This document shows, piece by piece, positions 19,459 through 27,147 of a stretch of DNA of 64,000 nt. Made by a program: the position numbers and the translations under genes. Numbering within the stretch: position 1 is the stretch's first letter; every line of letters starts with the position of its first letter. Source of the stretch: Synechococcus sp. UW140 (GTDB lineage: Bacteria; Pseudomonadota; Alphaproteobacteria; Sphingomonadales; Sphingomonadaceae); the NCBI GenBank assembly GCA_943368345.1, contig CALRKY020000011.1, forward strand, positions 14,251 to 78,250. The letters run 5' to 3'. The notes beneath the pieces are model-generated. The model was not told where the DNA came from, did no database searches, and saw only the letters and a program-made list of their open reading frames with translations.

Positions 19459-19494
19459 CACCCGCGCAGCCAACTGCGCGGGTGTTTTCTTTTT
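19459..19494 (+). terminator. Rho-independent terminator of aceA
   Basis: cacccgcgcag-ccaa-ctgcgcgggtg, an 11-bp perfect stem, followed by TTTTCTTTTT. Confidence 0.85.
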
Positions 19495-20015
19495 ACAGCA
19501 TCATGTTCCCATTTTGTTCTTGACATTCACAACCAGATCGGTTAGATGCGCGGTTGCTCCGACGTGGCCACGTTCGGGGCGGACACGGGTTTGTGGCTGT
19601 TACAGGCCGCCCGCCCAGGACCGGCGCGGAATCGTTCGGGTAACCAGCCGAAGCTTCGCGACCTGCCCGTCTGGTGAGGTCTGCCAAAGAGCGTCCAATT
19701 GCATGTGCTGAAAGGACGACGGACCAAGGCTCCAGACACCAGTCTCGGTGTGATGCAGTAACCAAGTCTCAGCGTACCGAGCCCCGAGCGTTCTTGCAGA
19801 GAACGCGCCGGTCCTTGTTTGTCCTCCGGCCGCCAACAGGCGCGACCGGGATGGTGGTGCGTCAATTTCACTTCGTTTGAGCTACACCAAACCCGCTCAT
19901 CCTGAGCGGGGTGGGCGCGTACAATCATGGTTTGGCTGAGTCCCGGCTCAAGGCCGGGATGACAGGGGTGGAGGAGTGCCGCCGAGGCTTATTGAACACC
20001 CCCCCTACGCTGCCC

Positions 20016-22529
20016 TTAGAATTTATAGCCGACCTCGACCCCGAACATCCGGCGGGCGCCGGGCGAGATGAACGAGCCGCCGAACTCGACTGCGGTGATC
20101 ACTTCGCTCAAATATTTCTTGTCGGTGACATTGTCGGCAAAGGCGGTGACCGACCAGTTGCCGCCTTCAAGGCCGAAGCGCAGGTCGAGCGTACCGTAAG
20201 CCTCCCGCTGGGCAATGCCGTAGCGGGCGTTGCCGACCACGGCGGGCAGGGCGAGGGCGGAAATCGGCAGCAGGCCGCTGAACAGGGTCGGGCGGACCTG
20301 ATCCTGCACGGTGTGGAAATAGGTCGGCCCAGTGACCCGGTAATCGGCGCGGGCGACGACATCGATGGCGTCGCTGACCGGATAGTCGATCTGGGTGCCG
20401 AAATTCAGGGTATAGTCGGCGGTATAGGGCGACTTGTTGCCGACGGTGTCCGGCCGCGACCGGTTCCGCTTGATCTTGGAATCGGTGACATTGCCCGATC
20501 CGTACACCGTCCAGCCGTCGGCGAGCTTGGCAGAGAGGTTCAGTTCGGCCCCCTTCAAGTCAACCTTGTCGATGTTGGAGACGACGCGCAGCAGGCCGAA
20601 GGCGCCGACAAAAAATTCGAAAAACTGCATGTCGGTGACTTGGGTGTAATAGCCGGCCAGATCATAGGTGATCGGCCCCACTTTGCCCTTCAAGCCGGCC
20701 TCAAACGCGCTCGACCGTTCTTTGCGGAACTTGTCATTGATGGTCACACCGGCGCCGAAAAACGCGTTGAAGGAGGCATCGACGATGGCCTTTGAGCCGC
20801 TATTATTGAAGCCACCGGATTTGAAGCCAATGCCCCAGTCCGCATAAAGGTTGGTCTGCGGGGCGACTTCCCAGCGGACGCTAATCTTCGGCTCCAGTTG
20901 CTTGAACGTCTCGGCCTGCGGCGCGATCGATCCGGTGGCGGGAAGGCCAGGGTTAATCTTGGCACCGGTGAACGGATCGACGACATTGGGGACCAAATTG
21001 GTCACCCGACGCCGCTCGATATCATAGCGCAGCGCAGCGCTGATATCGAAGCTGTCGCTCACCTCATACTCGCCCGAGGCAAAGGCGGCATAGACATTGG
21101 TGCCGAACCGGTCATCAAACAGCTGCGACGTCGGGTTGGTGCTGGTCGGGGCATTGTACAGCTGCTGGGTCACGCCCGCCCCGGTGTCGGCCCCCAGGCT
21201 GACGCCGACATGCCGGTTGATGTGCAGATAATAGGCCCCAAGCTGCCAGTCGAACTGATTGTCGCCATTGGACGCCAGCCGGATTTCGCCACTGTAATCG
21301 GTCTGGTTGCGCAGCTGATATTGGGTGCCGTCGCAAGTGGTCGGGGAATAGGCCCCGAAGGTCGATCCGTTGGCCGGCGCAAAGATGAACGGCACCGGGA
21401 TCTGCCCGATAAAGGTCGGCGGATTCTGCGGGAAGCCGGTCAGCGCCGCCGTTGTGGCAAAGCAGCGGTTGACCCCGGTCGCCCCCGCGGCCGTCGCTGC
21501 CGAAATGTAGCGGGCGAAATCGGCGGAAGTGCCGTCAGCGGTCAGGTCATTCTGGATGCTGCTGACCAGCGCCCAGGCGGTCAGCGTCGTTGCCCCGAAA
21601 TCATGGTCAAGCTTGAAGGAGGCTTCGAAGGTCTGCTGATCGTTGGTCGGGCGGATGTTGGAATAATAGCGGAAGGGGTGCCGATTGACATTCTCGTTGA
21701 ACGCCGCGTTCACCGCCGCAAAATTCGGCAGGTGGAAGGAGGCGTTGAAGTTGATCGATGCCCCCGAAAGCTCGCCATATTTCAGCTTGGCGTCAAATTT
21801 GGTGGCGTCCCCAATGTCGCCAGTCAGGCGGCCGTTGATGTTGAAGCTTTCCTGATCGTCGACGACCTTCCGGTTGAGGAAGACATTCCGGTAAAAGCCG
21901 TCGGTGGTCCGGTAATCAGCGGACAATAGGAACCCGACACTATCGCTCACCGGTCCGGCGATATGGGCGTTGGCGGTAACCGTGGTCTCATTGGCATAGC
22001 TGGCCTTCATCGCGCCGGTCAGCGTCTCGGTCGGCTTCAGGGTCTGGAGCACGATCGCTCCGGCAGCGGCATTCCGCCCGTACAGCGCGCCCTGCGGACC
22101 CTTCAGCACTTCGATCTGGCGGAGCGTTCCCTGATTTTGGTTCAGGGCGGCGGTGTTGGTTTTCAGGATACCGTCAACCACCAGCGCCACCGAGCTTTCG
22201 GCATCGCGCGCGCCGTTGATCCCGCGAATGTTGATCTGCGAATCCCCGGCCTCCGCCGTGCTGGTCACGATGGTGACACCCGGGGTCAGCTTGATGAAAT
22301 CCTCGGCCCGCTGGATGTCGGCCTTGATGATGGCGTCGGCGCTGAACGCGGTGACCGAGGCTGGAACCTCCGACAGGCTTTCCGACACCCGCCGTGCTGT
22401 CACGATGATCTCGCCGCTGTCCTCCACATCGGCGGCGGCGGCCGCTGCGGGGGCGGTCTGGGCTTGGACGGCACCTGCGGCCAACACCCAGGCGATTACG
22501 CTTGCGCTCACTGCCATCCGAACCTGCAT
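20016..22529 (-). CDS. TonB-dependent outer-membrane receptor
   Basis: Signal peptide ..AAGAVQA|Q, TonB-box/plug region GEIIVTARR, an 837-aa beta-barrel pattern and a C-terminal ..GVEVGYKF. Confidence 0.9.
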   Translation of the reverse strand: MQVRMAVSASVIAWVLAAGAVQAQTAPAAAAAADVEDSGEIIVTARRVSESLSEVPASVTAFSADAIIKADIQRAEDFIKLTPGVTIVTSTAEAGDSQINIRGINGARDAESSVALVVDGILKTNTAALNQNQGTLRQIEVLKGPQGALYGRNAAAGAIVLQTLKPTETLTGAMKASYANETTVTANAHIAGPVSDSVGFLLSADYRTTDGFYRNVFLNRKVVDDQESFNINGRLTGDIGDATKFDAKLKYGELSGASINFNASFHLPNFAAVNAAFNENVNRHPFRYYSNIRPTNDQQTFEASFKLDHDFGATTLTAWALVSSIQNDLTADGTSADFARYISAATAAGATGVNRCFATTAALTGFPQNPPTFIGQIPVPFIFAPANGSTFGAYSPTTCDGTQYQLRNQTDYSGEIRLASNGDNQFDWQLGAYYLHINRHVGVSLGADTGAGVTQQLYNAPTSTNPTSQLFDDRFGTNVYAAFASGEYEVSDSFDISAALRYDIERRRVTNLVPNVVDPFTGAKINPGLPATGSIAPQAETFKQLEPKISVRWEVAPQTNLYADWGIGFKSGGFNNSGSKAIVDASFNAFFGAGVTINDKFRKERSSAFEAGLKGKVGPITYDLAGYYTQVTDMQFFEFFVGAFGLLRVVSNIDKVDLKGAELNLSAKLADGWTVYGSGNVTDSKIKRNRSRPDTVGNKSPYTADYTLNFGTQIDYPVSDAIDVVARADYRVTGPTYFHTVQDQVRPTLFSGLLPISALALPAVVGNARYGIAQREAYGTLDLRFGLEGGNWSVTAFADNVTDKKYLSEVITAVEFGGSFISPGARRMFGVEVGYKF

Positions 22530-22542
22530 CGACTGTCTCCCG

Positions 22543-22588
22543 CTTGACCCAATGCCGCGACGATATTGTATACAAGTCTTGGGTCAAG
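22543..22588. promoter_or_regulatory. Nested inverted repeats in the TBDR/gntR divergent region: CTTGACCCA...TGGGTCAAG enclosing the palindrome TTGTATACAA
   Basis: Read directly. The 9-nt arms are at 22543-51 and 22580-88, and the 10-nt palindrome is at 22566-75. The core GT-n-AC fits GntR/FadR-type operators. Confidence 0.55.
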
Positions 22589-22656
22589 CGCTCTAACCCG
22601 CTAGTCTCTTGTCGCCGGTCGGGCGTAACTTTGGCGCAACAGTTTTGGGGGCGTAC

Positions 22657-23313
22657 ATGTCGAAGGCATCGGAGCGGGCCTACACCGAAATCCGGGCCCG
22701 CATCCTGTCTGGTGCCCTGCCGCCAGGAGCCGCGCTGAAGGAGGAGGAACTGGCGGAAAGCTGCGGCGTCAGCCGAACACCGGTTCGCGATGCGCTGCGG
22801 CGACTAGAGGCCGAAATGCATGTTGAGCGCCTCGGCGGCTCCCGCAGCTTCGTTGCCGACTGGTCGATGGATGATATCGATGACATGTTCACCCTGCGCG
22901 GCATGCTGGAGGGACATGCGGCGGCGCGGGCCGCCCGGCGCATTGGTCCGGCGGGACTGGCGGCACTCGCGGCGCACAATCAGGCGATTGCCGCAGCCAT
23001 CGATGGGGCGCCGGACCTTGACGCCTTCCTCACCCACAACCGCGCCTTTCACGCGTTGATCCTGGAGGCCGCCGGGTCGGAGCGCCTGACGTCAATGCTG
23101 TCTAGGCTGATCCAGCAACCGGTGATCCAGCGCACCGCCCGCCATTATGATCATACCCAGCTGCTGCGGAGCCACGCCGAACATGACGAACTGCTTGCGG
23201 CACTCGGCAAAGGCGACAGCGAATGGGCCCGCGCCGTCATGACCGGCCACATCCGCCGCGCCTTTCACGCCTATGCGGAGACTTATGTCGGGGTGAACCG
23301 CGAGCGGGACTAA
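22657..23313 (+). CDS. GntR-family transcriptional regulator (FCD C-terminal domain type)
   Basis: wHTH block ERAYTEIRARILSG..LKEEELAESCGVSRTPVRDALRRLEAE with a helical C-terminal domain. Start taken at ATG 22657. Confidence 0.85.
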   Translation: MSKASERAYTEIRARILSGALPPGAALKEEELAESCGVSRTPVRDALRRLEAEMHVERLGGSRSFVADWSMDDIDDMFTLRGMLEGHAAARAARRIGPAGLAALAAHNQAIAAAIDGAPDLDAFLTHNRAFHALILEAAGSERLTSMLSRLIQQPVIQRTARHYDHTQLLRSHAEHDELLAALGKGDSEWARAVMTGHIRRAFHAYAETYVGVNRERD

Positions 23314-24491
23314 ATCACGCCTTCATCGGTCAGGGCAGCAATCTCCGCCCGCCCCATGCCGAGGATACTGCCATAGACTTCCTCATTATGCGCACCGAGG
23401 TCGGGGCCGGACCAGTCGACGGCGCCGGGGGTCGCCGACAGTTTTGGGAATACCGATTGCATGACCAGGTTGGCGAATTCCGGATGGGCAACCTTCACCA
23501 GCGACTGGCGGGCGATAAACTGCGGGTCCTCCACCATATCCGGTGCCTTGAAAATCTTGCCGGCTGGCACCCCCTTCTCCTCCAGCAGGGCGAGCAGGTC
23601 ATTCGCGGCAAAATCCTTGGTCCATTCGCCGATCAACGCATCGATTTCGGTCTGATTGTCACCACGTGCCACATGGCTGGCGAACCGGGCATCATCGCCC
23701 AATTCCGGGCGTCCCATCGCCTCCGCCATGCGCTTCCAGACTGAATCCTGATTGGCCCCGATCAGGATTTCCCCGTCGCGGCACGGATAGACATTGGATG
23801 GCGCGATCTTGGGTAGGATCGACCCGGTGCGTTCGCGGATGACCCCGGCCTCGGTATATTCCGGGACCGTCGATTCCATCATGGCCAGCACCGCTTCATA
23901 GATGGCGGAATCGACGATCTGGCCATCGCCGGTGTTATGGCGGTGATTGAGGGCCATCAGCGCGCCGAGGCAGGCAAAGGTCGCTGCCAGCGAATCGCCG
24001 ATCGACAGGCCGACCCGCGACGGCGGCGTCGATGGGTCGCCCGCCAGATTGCGCATCCCGCCCATCGCTTCGCCAATCGAGCCATAGCCCGCGCGCTTGG
24101 CATAGGGGCCGGTCTGGCCGAACCCTGACACCCGGATCATGATGATGCCCCGGTTGACCGCGCGCAGCGCGTCATAGCCCAGACCCCATTTTTCCATCGT
24201 ACCGGGCCGGAAATTTTCCAGCAGGAAATCGCTTTTCCCAACCAAGCGGCGGACGATGTCCTGCCCCTTGGCCGAACGGAGGTCGAGCGTGATGCACTTC
24301 TTGTTGCGGGCAACGACCGGAAACCACACCGGCTTGCCCCGGCCCCAGGCGCGCATCGGATCACCGACTTTGGGGGGTTCGATCTTGATCACCTCGGCGC
24401 CATGATCGGCCATCAGCTGTCCACAGAACGGCCCGGCGATCAGCTGGCCCATCTCGATCAGACGCAAGCCCTGCAACGCACCCTGTGTCAT
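23310..24491 (-). CDS. Family III CoA-transferase (CaiB/BaiF type)
   Basis: 393 aa, with LQGLRLIEMGQLIAGPFCGQLMADHGAEVIKIEPP typical of the family. Confidence 0.85.
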   Translation of the reverse strand: MTQGALQGLRLIEMGQLIAGPFCGQLMADHGAEVIKIEPPKVGDPMRAWGRGKPVWFPVVARNKKCITLDLRSAKGQDIVRRLVGKSDFLLENFRPGTMEKWGLGYDALRAVNRGIIMIRVSGFGQTGPYAKRAGYGSIGEAMGGMRNLAGDPSTPPSRVGLSIGDSLAATFACLGALMALNHRHNTGDGQIVDSAIYEAVLAMMESTVPEYTEAGVIRERTGSILPKIAPSNVYPCRDGEILIGANQDSVWKRMAEAMGRPELGDDARFASHVARGDNQTEIDALIGEWTKDFAANDLLALLEEKGVPAGKIFKAPDMVEDPQFIARQSLVKVAHPEFANLVMQSVFPKLSATPGAVDWSGPDLGAHNEEVYGSILGMGRAEIAALTDEGVI

Positions 24492-24553
24492 TTGCCGTCA
24501 TCCCTTTGCCCGTGCTGCCCCGCCCTTAGCGCGCAGCCCGCAATCCGCGCCAA

Positions 24554-24565
24554 TTTGTATACAAA
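24554..24565. promoter_or_regulatory. Second copy of the palindrome (TTTGTATACAAA), 62 nt upstream of the CoA-transferase start
   Basis: Read directly. It has the same TTGTATACAA core as 22566-22575. Confidence 0.5.
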
Positions 24566-24610
24566 TGACCGGCGCTCGGACAAGGGTGGAACTGGTATGG
24601 CGTGACGCAG

Positions 24611-25243
24611 CTAGCGAAGCCCGCCCAGAAAGCCGGTGGCATCGGCCTCTGACACCACGTCGGCATATTTGGCGTTCATGTCGAACAAATTGGCTTCGTG
24701 CGGGCCCGGGTGGCGGTCGCCGCAGGCTTCGGCGATGACGGTGGTGCGAAAGCCGTGCGACATCGCATCAACGCAGGTCGCCCGCACGCACCCGCTGGTG
24801 GTGAGGCCGGTCAGTAGCACGCTATCGATTCCGCGCGCCGTCAGGGTCGATGCCAGGGACGTCCCGAAAAACGCGCTGGGATATTGTTTGGAGATGATCA
24901 GTTCGTCCGGCTGCGGCACCAGCCCCGCTGGCCAGCCCCCCATCGTGCTGCCCTGAAGAAAATAACGCAGCGGCGCCGCCTTCTCGAAAAACCGCCCCCC
25001 GTCGATTGCGGTCGGGTGGTAAACCACATTGGTCAGGATCACCGGAACCCCGGCGGCGCGGGCAGCAGCGCGGACCCGGAGCGCCGAGGCCAGCGCATCA
25101 TCCACCCCGGCATAAAGGTCGCAGTCCGGGTCGAAATAGCCCTGGCAGAAATCCACGAGGATGAGGGCTGGCCGCTGGCCAAAGCCCACGCGGGTGCCGT
25201 AAGCCTTGGCATAGTTCGCCCCAAGCTCTTCTGCCTGTGTCAC
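24611..25243 (-). CDS. Isochorismatase-family (cysteine) hydrolase/amidase
   Basis: PALILVDFCQGYF (Asp) and catalytic-Cys motif LLTGLTTSGCVRATCVDA. 210 aa. Confidence 0.8.
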   Translation of the reverse strand: MTQAEELGANYAKAYGTRVGFGQRPALILVDFCQGYFDPDCDLYAGVDDALASALRVRAAARAAGVPVILTNVVYHPTAIDGGRFFEKAAPLRYFLQGSTMGGWPAGLVPQPDELIISKQYPSAFFGTSLASTLTARGIDSVLLTGLTTSGCVRATCVDAMSHGFRTTVIAEACGDRHPGPHEANLFDMNAKYADVVSEADATGFLGGLR

Positions 25244-25249
25244 CCGGCC

Positions 25250-27133
25250 TTACTCGGCAGCGATGGCTTGGGGCCGCGCCCACACCGGCTGTTTCGGCGC
25301 CGGCAGGCCAGTCTCCGCCAGTGAATTAGCGCGCAGCGTCGTGATATCCGGCCCCATGTTGAAGGTGGGCAGCACCGCCGGACGATTGGCCCGCATCTCG
25401 GTGCGCAACTGCTCGGTGGCTGCAACATCGACGCTGCGGTCGCCCGCAATCACGACGCCGTACCGCCGCGCACCGCCTTCGCTCACCAGTCCCTGCACGA
25501 CTTCCTTCGCCACCAGCTCCGGGTCGCGGGTCAGCGGGTCGCCCCAGCCGCCGCCGCCCCAGGTGATGAAATCGAGCTCATCACCAGCCTCGACCTCGAT
25601 ATCTTCCTTCTTGTTGCCGACGATGGTTTCGGTGCCATCCGCTTTGCGAAGGACCTTCCGCGCCCGGGTTCCCGGTTCCCCGCCATTGACACCCCAGGGC
25701 GGCACGAACCAGCGGTCATCATGGATGGCGATCTGCCCCGGCTCCAGAAAGCGGTAGGTCATCAAAATGCCGTTGCCGCCCCGGAAGAAGCCAGCCCCGC
25801 CCGAATCCGCCACCGTCTCATAGCGTTCGATGATCAGCGGGAAATAGCGTTCGAGGAACTCGTTCGGCACATTGGTGAAGTTCGGCCACAGTGAATGGCC
25901 ATCCGGCCCGTCACCAAAGGGGCGTCCCGGAATGCCGCCAAAGCCAATCTGGAACAGCTGGAACCAGGTCCCGGTCTTGTCGGTGCCGGAGTAGAATAGA
26001 TGCGGGGAGGAGGAAAATCCGGCGGCGCACAGGAAGTCCGGCGTTTTCTGGCCGAGCAATCCGCCGAGGATATCGAAAATCCGCCCCAGCGCATGGGTCC
26101 GGCCCGACAACGCCGCCGGGAATTTCGGTTTCAACAGCGACCCGTCCGGAATGCGCACATCGATCAGGTCATAATAGCCATCGTTGAACAGGATCTGAGG
26201 GTCGAACACCATGATCATGTAGATGCCGAAGAACATCCGCATCATATTCTCGTTGAGCAGGAAGTTGATCGAGCCCTTGGACTGCGGATCGGTGCCGGTG
26301 AAATCCAGCACCACCCGGCCGTTCTCCCGCCACATCGTGCATTTGATCTTGTACGGGCCGTAGCCCATGCCGTCGTCGCAGATATAATCCTCAAAACTGA
26401 CCGGAGCCTCGCCGATAGCGGTTTCGATCAGCTGCTTCATCGCGCGGTGATTGCGCGCCAGCAAATCCTCGCAGGCGGAGACAAACACGTCGTCGCCAAA
26501 GCGTTCGCACATTTCGATGACCCGGCGCGCCGCGACCCGGCAGGACGCGATCAGCGCGTTCAAGTCGGCCTTGCACCATTCGGGGGTGCGCGTCTGGTGC
26601 ATCACCAGCTTGACCAGGTCTTCGTTATAGACGCCCTGTTTCCAGATTTTGACCGGCGGAATCCGCACGCCTTCCTGGAAGATCGACGTCGCATCAATCG
26701 GCATCGACCCGGCGACCTTGCCACCAATGTCGCTCTGGTGTCCGAACATCGAGGTATAGGCGACCAGCCGCCCGTCCTTGAACACCGGCAGCAGCACCAG
26801 CCAGTCATTGTTATGACTGATCGCCCCTTCGACCGAATAGGGATCGGACAGGAAGATCATGTCCCCGTCTTCGACCGTGCCGTCGAACCCATCGAGGAAT
26901 GGGCCGATATAGCTGCCAAACTGGCCGACGATCATCCGGCCCTTGTGGTCGGCAATCAGCGGGAAGGCATCGCCCTGCTCGCGGATACCGGGCGACATAG
27001 CAGTGCGGACCAGCGTGGTGTCCATCTCAACGCGCGCATTCCGCAGCGCATTCTCGATGATGTCGAGAGTAACCGGATCAATCGGCCGCCGCTCGAACGG
27101 GGTTTGGTTGGCTTGGATGATGGTGGCGCGCAT
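25250..27133 (-). CDS. Hydantoinase B / oxoprolinase-family subunit (HyuB-like)
   Basis: 627 aa with an N-terminus DPVTLDIIENALRNARVEMD typical of HyuB. It directly follows a HyuA-like gene. Confidence 0.85.
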   Translation of the reverse strand: MRATIIQANQTPFERRPIDPVTLDIIENALRNARVEMDTTLVRTAMSPGIREQGDAFPLIADHKGRMIVGQFGSYIGPFLDGFDGTVEDGDMIFLSDPYSVEGAISHNNDWLVLLPVFKDGRLVAYTSMFGHQSDIGGKVAGSMPIDATSIFQEGVRIPPVKIWKQGVYNEDLVKLVMHQTRTPEWCKADLNALIASCRVAARRVIEMCERFGDDVFVSACEDLLARNHRAMKQLIETAIGEAPVSFEDYICDDGMGYGPYKIKCTMWRENGRVVLDFTGTDPQSKGSINFLLNENMMRMFFGIYMIMVFDPQILFNDGYYDLIDVRIPDGSLLKPKFPAALSGRTHALGRIFDILGGLLGQKTPDFLCAAGFSSSPHLFYSGTDKTGTWFQLFQIGFGGIPGRPFGDGPDGHSLWPNFTNVPNEFLERYFPLIIERYETVADSGGAGFFRGGNGILMTYRFLEPGQIAIHDDRWFVPPWGVNGGEPGTRARKVLRKADGTETIVGNKKEDIEVEAGDELDFITWGGGGWGDPLTRDPELVAKEVVQGLVSEGGARRYGVVIAGDRSVDVAATEQLRTEMRANRPAVLPTFNMGPDITTLRANSLAETGLPAPKQPVWARPQAIAAE

Positions 27134-27147
27134 GGGGTCTGTGTCCC

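Noticed and set aside
19521-19890. Possible RNase P RNA, two-piece tmRNA, tRNA-like element (GGTGTAGCTCA on the minus strand, ..CTACACCA on the plus strand) or cobalamin riboswitch (GACCTGCC resembles part of the B12 box)
   Set aside because: - The invariant RNase P blocks (GAGGAAAGTCCGGGC, ACAGAACCCGGCTTA) are not present.
- No ANDN-type tag reading frame or T-arm (GGTTCGA) is present.
- No matching D-stem follows the tRNA-like start.
- The other B12-riboswitch core elements are missing or out of order.

I kept the region only as an unclassified candidate in the findings.
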